A DNA stretch of 64,000 nt, taken from a virus. A model generated the notes under the pieces. It was given only the letters and a program-made list of their open reading frames with translations. It was not told the DNA's origin and ran no database searches. A program made the translations under genes and the position numbers. Of the stretch, positions 54,982 through 64,000 are shown piece by piece; within the stretch, counting starts at the first letter, position 1; every line of letters begins with the position of its first letter. Location: IMG/VR virus record IMGVR_UViG_3300047274_000223; one strand, given 5' to 3'.

Positions 54982-55184
54982 CCCTTCTACATTCGACACT
55001 AGAGAATCACCTGGAGACTAACTTTGCATTAATGCATTATCATAAGTGGTCTTATTCGGATTTAGAAAATATGGTGCCTTGGGAAAAACAATTTTATGTT
55101 GATAAACTTCTTGGACATCTTAAACAAGAGGAAGAGAGGTATAAGAAACAACAACAGACAACACAAGGTAGGACAAGTCTATAA
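54981..55184 (+). CDS. g51: gp51-like hub assembly ORF (first ATG at 55032; upstream part possibly reached by -1 frameshift)
   Basis: NFALMHYHKWSYSDLENMVPWEK; absent from the ORF track. Confidence 0.75.
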   Translation, partial: ALLHSTLENHLETNFALMHYHKWSYSDLENMVPWEKQFYVDKLLGHLKQEEERYKKQQQTTQGRTSL

Positions 55185-58100
55185 TGTCTATTAGTGCCAT
55201 TAAACCATATAAGTTTGTAAATCCAAATATGATCACTGGTGGGTTGTCTGCCAGAGTGAAAAAGGATGGCGAGAAGGGTGGTGCTACAATCATTGCTGCT
55301 GGTAAGAAGATTACTGGTCCAAAAGAAGAGGGCCCAGCAGCAGTAAAGGCTGGACGTACCACCCTTTTAGCATTCAATAGAATAGGTTTTACACTATATT
55401 CAATCGGCAAGGCACAAAGTTCTTGGGCAAAACTGGTTGTCGGTGAAGGCAAACTAATCAAAGAAAATACAGCATTTCGTAGAAGAAAGAAGCAATATCT
55501 AAGAGATCAAGAAGCAGAAGCAAAACAAGAATCTTCTCCTGGTTTAAAACCAATCAAGGAAGAAGGTAAGAAGGCTGTTGATAAGAAGGAAAAGAAAGAA
55601 CAGTCTTGGTTAGAAAAATTATTTGCTCCCTTTAGGGGACTGATTGAATTTGCTCTGAGGATAGCAATCACTCAGGGAGTTTTGAGATGGGTTGCAGATC
55701 CAAAGAATTACGATAAGATACAGGTATTTGTTGATAACGCTGCAAAAGTATTCAACTTCCTGTTTAATATTGCATACAAGTCTATTGACTTTTTCCTGAC
55801 AGGTGTATCTAACGTTTTAGGTAACGGGGAAGCGCAGGGATTTGATAGATTCAAACAGGTGATGACTGGTTTAGGCCAGATCTTAATTGGTATTGCGGGA
55901 TTTAAAGCACTAAGTTATCTCAATCCATTTAATCTGGTTGGGGATCTTTTAAAATTAATTGATTGGTTCTCTGGTAATACTGGTGCTCAGGAGGTACTAC
56001 CTCAGGGTGATATTTCAGATGGCAAACCAGATGCTCCTGGAGCAAAACCAAAACCAAGAGCAGCAACACAAAAGATTGCCGAGAAGTATGGTGATGATGC
56101 TGCAAAGTATTATGATGATCTTATCAGCAGAGGTAAGTCTCCTGTACAAGCACTCCAAACAGTAAGAGGCAAGTTTAAACCAATTCCACCTAAACCAAAA
56201 GGTGCTTTAGCAAAGATTGGTGATAAGTTCGCTGACATGAAGAAAGGATTCATGGGAGGACTTGAATCTGGAAAGAAAGGATTGCTTGCTGGGTGGGAGA
56301 ATGTAAAGAAGATTGGTGGTAGTATTAGTAAGAGCGTTAGAGATAAACTGGCAAGGTCTGCTGAGTGGGCTAAGAAAGGAGTTACAGATAAACTAAAACC
56401 AATTGCTAAGGGTGCTTACGACATCCTAGAGAAGAAAGGTATTGTTAAGAATGTCAAGAAACTTGGTGTCGTAGCAAAGGAAAGTATCCAAAAAGTTCCT
56501 GGATACAGCAAGGTAATGAAGAAGGTGTCCGAGGAAGGCGGACAGGCCATGCTGAAGAAGATAGGTGGGAAAGCAATTCCAGTTATCGGTGGACTTGTAA
56601 ATCTATACTTTGCTTATGATAGACTTAAGAGTGGTGATAAGTCTGGTGCTGCACTAGAAGCACTGTCTGCTATCTTAGATCTATCTGGATTGTTTGGATT
56701 TGCACCAGGACCAGCACTCTCGATGGCACTGGATGCGTATCTATTTGGTAGAGATTTCTTCCCTGATGTTGTCAAGAAAGAGAATGAATACCTTGATAAG
56801 ATGATCAACGGAATTCTTGCTCCTATCAAGTCTATTCAGGACATGCTACCTAAGATTCCTATGCTTGCTGAAGGTGGCATTATCAAAAAACCAACTTTAG
56901 CAGTCTTGGGTGAAAGAGGTCCTGAAGCAGTTGTACCTTTGGATGGAAGTCGATCTTCCTCAGATCAACTTGCGGCAACAATAATATCATCTATCCAAGG
57001 ATCTATGGATAGGATGGGCCCAGGAGGAGAGGTTGCTAAGCAACTTCTTGCTGGACAATTGGGTGGTATTAAGAATTCTCTTGGTGTTGGTAATGTATTA
57101 TCTGTTGGCGGCGGAGAATCTATTTCGAAAACAGTTTCTATTGCACAACAGAGATCTGGTAAGGATACTACTATAGATCCAGCAGAAATTCTAGTTGGAA
57201 CTAAAAATCCTTCCTTTGGTATTGGTCAGACTAGTAACACCATGGATAATCTTCGTGGAGCACTTGCAAATGTTCTTGGTGTCTTTGCAGCAATAACAAC
57301 AAAGAACTTTGATGTTGGTGGTAGTTCGACTATTTCTGGACCTCCTGGCGAAAATGATTCTAATACTGGTGGAGACGTTGATACTTCTGGAGTAGAGGCA
57401 GCATCTGGTTCTGTAGTAGATAAAGGTGTAGCAATTGCCAAAAAGTTCATGTCTAATCTTAGCATGACAAAAGAGGCCGCTGCTGCTATTGCGGGTAACT
57501 TTGCACATGAATCTGGTGGATTTATTCCTGGTATTCGTGAAGGTGGTCCCTTTGGTAGAAGTTCTAAACCTTGGCCAAAAGGTACTGTTAGAAGGGGATA
57601 TGGATGGGCTCAATGGACTAACTCAGTTCCTGGTGATAGGTATGATAAGTTTATTGAAAGTTATGGCGGCGATTATAATAAAATACCTACAAATGAGGAT
57701 AATTTGAAATTTGCAGTCCAAGAGATGAGGACTACAAATAAACTACCAGATAGATTTAAGAAGATGACTGATACTGCGAAAGCAGCAGTATGGTTTAGAG
57801 CAAACTGGGAAAGAGCGGGTGTCCATCACGATGGTCCAAGAATTTCATATGCTAAGGGAATCTTGGCTAAGATGGCTCAAGGTGGAAGTATCAATTCACC
57901 AGAAAAGGACAGGAAGAAACCAGGAAGAGATACCGATGCTGGTGTTGGTAATAAAATTTATCAAAGAACTACCTCTCAATTAAAAGGAGAAGCAATCGGT
58001 GGTGTTGTTAAACTATATGCTAATGGTGGAAAATTTCAAAATGGAAAAATACCAGAATCTCAACTGACTAATATTGGACGAGGCCATAAGGTTAGATCTG

Positions 58101-59161
58101 GTGAAGTTGCCGATTCTGTTAAGTCTATGATCGACGCGGCAAAGAAAGACAAGGTTGATCTTGTTTCTGGAATAACATCATCATATAGAAGTTATGCTGA
58201 TCAAGAAAGAGTTAAGAGGGAGTTACCGCATCTTGCTGCACAACCAGGAACATCAAAGCACGGTTGGGGAATTGCTTTAGATATTGGTGTTGCAAAGCAA
58301 CAAGATTGGATGCACAAAAATAGTAAAAAATATGGATGGGTTAATCCTGCATGGGCAAAATCTTCTCCATATGAACCATGGCACTTTGAAAAAACTGGAG
58401 TACCAACGGGATCCACAACTTCATCACCTTCTGGTAATGGAACAGAACCAACTGGTTCTGGTGATGATACTTCAAGTGGAGCAGATACTGAAGAAAAATC
58501 CAAAGAACAGATTCTTGCCGAAATGGCAGCTGCTATTGATAAAGTAAATAATATGCTTTATGGAACTCCGATTCCGAACTCATCGGAGAATGCACAACTA
58601 CCAGATAAGGTATGGATCAACAAGAAGACGGGAGAAGTATCTCTAAAAGAACCTCCAGCAGATAAAAAATCCGAGTATGAGGAGAAGAAGACTGCAGAAC
58701 TGAGTGCAGAACAAAAGGAAAAGGCACAAAAGTTACTACCAAAAACTCCACCAAAAACAACTCCTTCTGGAACTAAACCAACTCCAACACCAGGACAGCA
58801 AACACCACCAACACCAGGAATGCCACCAGGAGCATTAGTTGCTGGACAGAGACCAGATAAAGCACTTACTAGAGAACAGTTCAGAGCAGTTCAACAAGCG
58901 AGAGCAGCAGCTTCTCAGATGGGTCTTACTGGAATGGATAAAGAGAGATTCATTGCTAAAGCAGCAATGAATGCTGGTTCTTCTGGAGCATCTCTTTCGC
59001 AAGCATCTCAGTCTGCTCAAGTAAGTCAGACTATTGAAGACTCGGCCGTAACCACTGTACCTGTACCAATAAATACTGGTAGTAGTGTTACTATGGTTGG
59101 TGGACATACTCAGACTCAGGTGATCAGACCCCAATCTCAAATCACCCGTGGTTTTGGATAA
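55184..59161 (+). CDS. tape-measure/hub-like protein with phage tail lysozyme and M15B (VanY-like) peptidase domains
   Basis: AAIAGNFAHESG..GYGWAQWT; SSYRS..PGTSKHGWGIALD..EPWHFE. Confidence 0.75.
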   Translation: MSISAIKPYKFVNPNMITGGLSARVKKDGEKGGATIIAAGKKITGPKEEGPAAVKAGRTTLLAFNRIGFTLYSIGKAQSSWAKLVVGEGKLIKENTAFRRRKKQYLRDQEAEAKQESSPGLKPIKEEGKKAVDKKEKKEQSWLEKLFAPFRGLIEFALRIAITQGVLRWVADPKNYDKIQVFVDNAAKVFNFLFNIAYKSIDFFLTGVSNVLGNGEAQGFDRFKQVMTGLGQILIGIAGFKALSYLNPFNLVGDLLKLIDWFSGNTGAQEVLPQGDISDGKPDAPGAKPKPRAATQKIAEKYGDDAAKYYDDLISRGKSPVQALQTVRGKFKPIPPKPKGALAKIGDKFADMKKGFMGGLESGKKGLLAGWENVKKIGGSISKSVRDKLARSAEWAKKGVTDKLKPIAKGAYDILEKKGIVKNVKKLGVVAKESIQKVPGYSKVMKKVSEEGGQAMLKKIGGKAIPVIGGLVNLYFAYDRLKSGDKSGAALEALSAILDLSGLFGFAPGPALSMALDAYLFGRDFFPDVVKKENEYLDKMINGILAPIKSIQDMLPKIPMLAEGGIIKKPTLAVLGERGPEAVVPLDGSRSSSDQLAATIISSIQGSMDRMGPGGEVAKQLLAGQLGGIKNSLGVGNVLSVGGGESISKTVSIAQQRSGKDTTIDPAEILVGTKNPSFGIGQTSNTMDNLRGALANVLGVFAAITTKNFDVGGSSTISGPPGENDSNTGGDVDTSGVEAASGSVVDKGVAIAKKFMSNLSMTKEAAAAIAGNFAHESGGFIPGIREGGPFGRSSKPWPKGTVRRGYGWAQWTNSVPGDRYDKFIESYGGDYNKIPTNEDNLKFAVQEMRTTNKLPDRFKKMTDTAKAAVWFRANWERAGVHHDGPRISYAKGILAKMAQGGSINSPEKDRKKPGRDTDAGVGNKIYQRTTSQLKGEAIGGVVKLYANGGKFQNGKIPESQLTNIGRGHKVRSGEVADSVKSMIDAAKKDKVDLVSGITSSYRSYADQERVKRELPHLAAQPGTSKHGWGIALDIGVAKQQDWMHKNSKKYGWVNPAWAKSSPYEPWHFEKTGVPTGSTTSSPSGNGTEPTGSGDDTSSGADTEEKSKEQILAEMAAAIDKVNNMLYGTPIPNSSENAQLPDKVWINKKTGEVSLKEPPADKKSEYEEKKTAELSAEQKEKAQKLLPKTPPKTTPSGTKPTPTPGQQTPPTPGMPPGALVAGQRPDKALTREQFRAVQQARAAASQMGLTGMDKERFIAKAAMNAGSSGASLSQASQSAQVSQTIEDSAVTTVPVPINTGSSVTMVGGHTQTQVIRPQSQITRGFG

Positions 59162-59198
59162 TGGCGTTTCTGAACCGCGCCAAAAAATCATGAAAAAA

Positions 59199-59217
59199 GA
59201 ATGTTAAGAAATGTTAC
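59199..59217. repeat. imperfect 10-bp direct repeat
   Basis: GAATGTTAAG-AAATGTTAC. Confidence 0.6.
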
Positions 59218-59225
59218 AAAAATAA

Positions 59226-62200
59226 ATGGCAGTCACCGTACCAACTTCTAAACCAAAAACCATCTTCTATAAGATGGTCACCGTACCTAAGGTAAAGACT
59301 ACACCGCAGAATGCTGCTACGGTGACATCTTATAAAGCCTTTACTACGGGTCTTAATAGATTAGGTGCTACATTAAATTCTATGCTTGTGGTAAACAAGC
59401 AACTATACGAAAATCTTTCACAAAACCTAAAATTAAAGATTAAGCAAAACGAGGAAGAAAGGAAGGATTTAGACGAAGAGAAGGCAAAGAAAGGTAAAGG
59501 TGGAAAGTTAGATAAATTAGCATCTAACTTTATGTCAACTATGGTCCCAGTGTTGGGAGATTTCTTCGAATCTCTTATGGGACTCTTTGGCACCATTATG
59601 AGGGCCATATTCACACAAGCAATATTACGATGGATAGCAAATCCAGCAAATCAGGAGAAGTTAACAGTAATATGGAATGCTCTGGTTAATTTCTTTAAAT
59701 TCCTGTGGAACTTCGTAAGTACAAATATCGCAAAAACCTTAAGTGGTCTTTCCGATATGCTCAACAGCAATTTGAGCTTCTGGGACAGACTTAAGGGTTT
59801 TGGAACATTCTTGAGTGGTTTTGGTGCATTACTGCTTGGATTTGTTTTCCTCAAAAAACCAAAATTACTCTTAGATGGTGTTAAGTTTGTTCTTAAGACT
59901 ATTTGGGATTCCGTAACTGGACTGATTAAAGTCCTTAAGGGTAGAAAAGGTAAAGGTAATCTTCCATCTTCGTCAGGAAAACCAGGAGCTCCTGCTGCTG
60001 GAAAACCAGGTGCTGCCCCCGCCTCCCCTGCAGGCAAACCTAGAGGACGTGCAGGAGCACTTCTAAAGGGTATTGCTGGTGTATCCATGATCGCTGCTCC
60101 CATCGTCGTGGGGGGGATGCTAGGCGGCGGAGAAAGTGAGTTCCAAAAGAGTGTTACTGGAGATACTTCTGGTGGACAATCGGGCCCAACACCTGCTGCG
60201 CCAACTGATGATGCACCTAGACTGAAAGACGGTGGTATTGTAACCAGACCAACGAGAGCAGTTGTTGGTGAAAGAGGACCAGAGGCAAGAATTCCCTTAA
60301 CTGGTCCTACCCCAGGTGATAATGCCAAGAGAATGGTATCCGCTGGTATTCAACCACTTCCTTCGGGAATGGGTGGCTCTGGTGGAGTAGATAGGAAGAA
60401 AGCGAAAAGTCTATCCGATCTATATCTAGCACCGTTCCAAGGTATTGGTGCAGGTATCCTTGCAAATATTTCTAACGTTGTTGGAAGTATGCCAGGAGCA
60501 CAACAAATTACACCAGTTATCGGTGATATTGTTGCTCCAATTGCTAATAGTTTTGGTGTTCCGCCATCTCTAGTCAAGAAACTCACTGGACAAAGTAAGT
60601 CAAAAGCAGGCGGAACCAAGAAAGACGAAAGAACATCTAAACTTGCATCCCAATTTGGTAAAGGAAGAGTATCAAATGTAACTGGAACTAAATTTGTTCG
60701 AAAGGGTGATAATAGTGTTCTTGGTTTACTAACTGATTTGGTTGGCGCTGGCCAAGTTATAGTAAATAAACTTGGAGGAGAAAAGAAAACAGATACTCCA
60801 ATACCAGGACCAGCAGGTACTGGTCCTGCAGGAACTAAGACTGAATCTTTAGATCCAACTTCAGCATCTGCTCAAGCAGCTGCTGCAGCGGGTGCTGGAA
60901 GTGTTGACTTGAAAGCCAAAGGTGCTACTAAAGCAATGGAGGCAGGTCAAAGTTCTGAAAATAGACAACAATTTAGTTCTAAGGCGGGAGATGCAAAGAG
61001 AAGGCATCTATCGTTGAAGAAAATTGATGGTAAGGAATATGAAGCTCTTTTAAATACGACAAATGGAGATTATGAGGTATTTGAAAAAGGATTTTTAGGA
61101 ATAAAAGGCAAGCAAATTGACATTAAAGCGGATAAAAATAATAAAATCCAACAAGAAGCATTGAATCAAGTTAGAGCATATTATATTAATAATGATAAAT
61201 CCCGAGGAGTTGCTCTAAATTACATCACGCAGCAAGATGTTGCTAATAAATTAGCACAAGATAAGAAAAATAATAAAAAAGCCGGTGGTGGATGGATTTC
61301 TGGTCCTATGTCTGGATATCCAGTTTCTTTAGATGGAGGTCAATCAACTTCATTTATTGGACATGGTACAGAATGGGTTGGTTTCAAAAAGGCAGCTGGT
61401 GGATTTAGTGATTCTAGTGCTTTTGTTATACCTTATGATACTCCAGCAACCAAGAACAATCATGGATTAACTAATTCTAGATTTAAACAAGCAAAATCTG
61501 GTGGATATGCTTTACCAACATTTTCTACTGGTGGAGAACTAGAGAAAGCAGAGAGACTTCAGGAAAAGTCTAGTGGAGATGGAAGACCATACTCTAAGTT
61601 TGCTGCTGGTGGTAAGGCTATCCTAGAAGGTGCCAAGAAAGTTGTAGGTATGGGCAAAGGTGAAGGTAATATGTGTGCATATACTACTAGAGCAGCACTG
61701 AAAGCAGCCGGTCATTCGGCAGCAGAAAAGAGAACATCCAAAGGTGACTTAGACTCTAAAGGAACAGCATACAATGGAAGAAATTATGCTGCATCTTTTG
61801 CTGGTAGTGATATGGGATCTGTTATTAAAAGTGCTGGTTCTCTAGAAGCAGGTGATATTGTTCTATGGAAAGGTGGCGGTGGATACGGTCCTGGTGAAAT
61901 TACTCACGTTGGTATTAAAGGAGAAGGTAGCGATCTCTGGCACCATGGTAGATCTGCTGGATGGAGAAAAGCATCCATGTACACTAACTATGGTGGTCAG
62001 CAATTTGCTGCAGGTATCAGATTAGATGGTAAAGCGGGAGAAACAGTTGGTTCTGGAGATACTACAACTGGTGGAGACACTACAACTGGTGGAGACACTG
62101 AGGCAAAGACAGCGGCAGACATTGCTAAGTCTATGGCGGAAGCAATTGATAAACTCAATGTGCAGTTAGGTCTTACTCCAGCACCTTCATTGCAGGCTCC

Positions 62201-62729
62201 ACCAACTGAAGTCTATGTGAACAGTAAAACTGGAGAGGTCATGGTGAATGATCCATCCAAGACTGCTGGTGCCAAACCCGATGAATGGGTCAAGAAGAAA
62301 GTTTCAGAACTGAAGCCAGAACAGAAGCAACAATTAGATAAGATCTTAACTAAGAATTCTGTCAATGCTGCTGGAAATCAAGCAGGTGCTGAACTCAATA
62401 AGATTGGTGCTGGAACTGCAGCTGCTGGATTTGGAGCAGCTGCCTCTGGTGTGAATCTTGCTCCTGCGCCAAAAGGTACTGATGTCACAAGTGCCACAAC
62501 TGCAGTCAATGCAGAGAAAGATAAGTTGAAGCAGACATCTAAAGCAGCTGCTGCAGTTGCAGCAGGATCTGTTGCAACTACTGGAGCATCCACACAAAAA
62601 GTTGTGGCTCCAGCAACAAATGCTCCACCTGCACCGATTATCTTACCTGGACCACCTAGAAGCCTAGATATAGCAGCATTAAATCCAAGAACATCTATTG
62701 TCGCATACCAAATTGCAGGAGTTTATTGA
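59226..62729 (+). CDS. paralogous tape-measure/hub-like protein with NlpC/P60-CHAP-like domain
   Basis: NMCAYTT..GDIVL..THVGI..WHHG; shared blocks with the upstream gene. Confidence 0.7.
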   Translation: MAVTVPTSKPKTIFYKMVTVPKVKTTPQNAATVTSYKAFTTGLNRLGATLNSMLVVNKQLYENLSQNLKLKIKQNEEERKDLDEEKAKKGKGGKLDKLASNFMSTMVPVLGDFFESLMGLFGTIMRAIFTQAILRWIANPANQEKLTVIWNALVNFFKFLWNFVSTNIAKTLSGLSDMLNSNLSFWDRLKGFGTFLSGFGALLLGFVFLKKPKLLLDGVKFVLKTIWDSVTGLIKVLKGRKGKGNLPSSSGKPGAPAAGKPGAAPASPAGKPRGRAGALLKGIAGVSMIAAPIVVGGMLGGGESEFQKSVTGDTSGGQSGPTPAAPTDDAPRLKDGGIVTRPTRAVVGERGPEARIPLTGPTPGDNAKRMVSAGIQPLPSGMGGSGGVDRKKAKSLSDLYLAPFQGIGAGILANISNVVGSMPGAQQITPVIGDIVAPIANSFGVPPSLVKKLTGQSKSKAGGTKKDERTSKLASQFGKGRVSNVTGTKFVRKGDNSVLGLLTDLVGAGQVIVNKLGGEKKTDTPIPGPAGTGPAGTKTESLDPTSASAQAAAAAGAGSVDLKAKGATKAMEAGQSSENRQQFSSKAGDAKRRHLSLKKIDGKEYEALLNTTNGDYEVFEKGFLGIKGKQIDIKADKNNKIQQEALNQVRAYYINNDKSRGVALNYITQQDVANKLAQDKKNNKKAGGGWISGPMSGYPVSLDGGQSTSFIGHGTEWVGFKKAAGGFSDSSAFVIPYDTPATKNNHGLTNSRFKQAKSGGYALPTFSTGGELEKAERLQEKSSGDGRPYSKFAAGGKAILEGAKKVVGMGKGEGNMCAYTTRAALKAAGHSAAEKRTSKGDLDSKGTAYNGRNYAASFAGSDMGSVIKSAGSLEAGDIVLWKGGGGYGPGEITHVGIKGEGSDLWHHGRSAGWRKASMYTNYGGQQFAAGIRLDGKAGETVGSGDTTTGGDTTTGGDTEAKTAADIAKSMAEAIDKLNVQLGLTPAPSLQAPPTEVYVNSKTGEVMVNDPSKTAGAKPDEWVKKKVSELKPEQKQQLDKILTKNSVNAAGNQAGAELNKIGAGTAAAGFGAAASGVNLAPAPKGTDVTSATTAVNAEKDKLKQTSKAAAAVAAGSVATTGASTQKVVAPATNAPPAPIILPGPPRSLDIAALNPRTSIVAYQIAGVY
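62055..62099 (+). repeat. 18-bp in-frame tandem repeat (GDTTTG)
   Basis: ggagatactacaactggt ggagacactacaactggt ggagacact. Confidence 0.75.
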
Positions 62730-62732
62730 TAA

Positions 62733-64000
62733 ATGTCTAACAAAACAGGATCTTCAGTACAAACAAAAATAAGATCAGCAAAATTCAAAACGGAAAATGC
62801 AACGTCTGACGATTTTCAGACCATGATTACGGAATTGAATATTATTGAGACTCTGGATTTTCCTTGCATGAGGATGACAATTGCAATTAATGATTCTACG
62901 GGGATGATTAACCTCATGAGAGGTAATGAAATGGTTGAGATTGTATTGGAAGACGCAATCTCAAGTAAAGTTTACACATATAATATGAGAATTTTCAGAC
63001 TAGGACCAAGAATGCGATATGAGAAAAACGATCAGTACGTTTTGGAGTGTGTGTCTAATGAATTTATGGTGAATGAAATCATTAACTTATGCAAATCGTA
63101 TAAAGATAAGAAAGCAAGTGCCATTGTTAAGGACTTACTCAAAGATACTATCTCAACACAAAAGAAACTTTTTATCGAGAAGACAAAGGATAATATAAAG
63201 TGTGTTGCTCCAAATTGGAGACCATTTGACTTTATTAATTGGCTTGGTTTAAGAGCAGTTCGTGACGCAAATGCTAGACAAGCAGGATTTCTTTTCTGGG
63301 AGAATATTAAAGGATTCCATTTTAAATCATTTGATAAAATTATTCAAGATGGTAAGAATCAGAGTAAGGTTTTCAAATATAGTTACAATATGAAAAATGT
63401 CGGTGAAAGAAATAAAGGAAGGGACATTTTTACAATACAATCAATTAATTACCCAAATGTCTTTGATTCGTTACTTGGAGTTCGAAATGGTCATTGGGCT
63501 GGAGCATTTTGTGGTGTGTCATTGGACTACACAAACAATTCTAAATTGAATAATACAGGTGATGAAATTCCCTATAGCGGAAAGACTTGGGATATTGTTA
63601 AAGTCTACAGTAAGATGGAACATCTTGGAAATAAGAAACCCTTTTTAGATCAAGATCCTGCAATTAAAGCATTATTGGAGACACCAAGAAGAATTAGATA
63701 CAGACCCAACCAGTTACACCTTTGGGATACTACTAATGCTGAGTCAAGTCCTCCAGATCAGGGTGAATATGAAGAAAGATCGGAGGATACTGCAATCTAT
63801 GCACACTGCCGTAAAGTGTGCTTTGAGATTATTAAATTGAGTATAAAAGTTCCTGGAAATTTATCTCTAAATGCAGGTGAAGCAATTGATGTTGAGATTC
63901 CCAACCCGATAGCCAAAAAAGATAAGATTGAATTGGATAAAACTTATAGTGGTAGATATATTATTGCTGGAATTAGACATAAGTATTCTGGTGGTGTTGC
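62733..64000 (+). CDS. baseplate hub protein (gp27-like), 3' truncated at window edge
   Basis: Open to the end of the window; PNWRPFDFINWL..FLFWEN..GFHFKS..VPGNLSLNAG..SGRYII. Confidence 0.7.
   Translation, partial: MSNKTGSSVQTKIRSAKFKTENATSDDFQTMITELNIIETLDFPCMRMTIAINDSTGMINLMRGNEMVEIVLEDAISSKVYTYNMRIFRLGPRMRYEKNDQYVLECVSNEFMVNEIINLCKSYKDKKASAIVKDLLKDTISTQKKLFIEKTKDNIKCVAPNWRPFDFINWLGLRAVRDANARQAGFLFWENIKGFHFKSFDKIIQDGKNQSKVFKYSYNMKNVGERNKGRDIFTIQSINYPNVFDSLLGVRNGHWAGAFCGVSLDYTNNSKLNNTGDEIPYSGKTWDIVKVYSKMEHLGNKKPFLDQDPAIKALLETPRRIRYRPNQLHLWDTTNAESSPPDQGEYEERSEDTAIYAHCRKVCFEIIKLSIKVPGNLSLNAGEAIDVEIPNPIAKKDKIELDKTYSGRYIIAGIRHKYSGGV

Overview
This window is a 64 kb segment of a T4-like cyanomyovirus (Kyanoviridae-type) genome. 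The GH24+C39 endolysin and the accessory gene set suggest a freshwater Synechococcus/Cyanobium host (inference). In order it carries: the clamp/clamp-loader/regA module; a minus-strand island of small genes; hsp20, gp43, uvsX, gp41 and mazG; putative internal head proteins; primase, nrdAB and an endolysin; a tRNA/ncRNA cluster; a photosynthesis/redox block (two hli, petF, peroxiredoxin, psbA); a Gly-rich fibre-like gene; rnh, thyX, phoH, gp33, gp59 and gp32; and the baseplate/tail region. Most striking signals: (1) a gifB-like nitrogen module on the minus strand at 6010-6543, with an NtcA box, tandem glutamine-riboswitch aptamers, a 51-codon ORF inside the P2 loop of the second aptamer, and two DUF4278-like peptides; (2) a candidate -1 frameshift (T TTT TTC) fusing gp26 to the short gp51 ORF just before two paralogous tape-measure-like proteins; (3) T4 capsid-targeting-like N-termini on a nucleotidyltransferase and neighbouring proteins; (4) a late-promoter-driven trio of secreted beta-rich proteins and an outer-membrane beta-barrel; (5) structured RNAs and a tRNA-like element among the tRNAs. 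All family assignments come from motif recognition; no database searches or folding computations were run.
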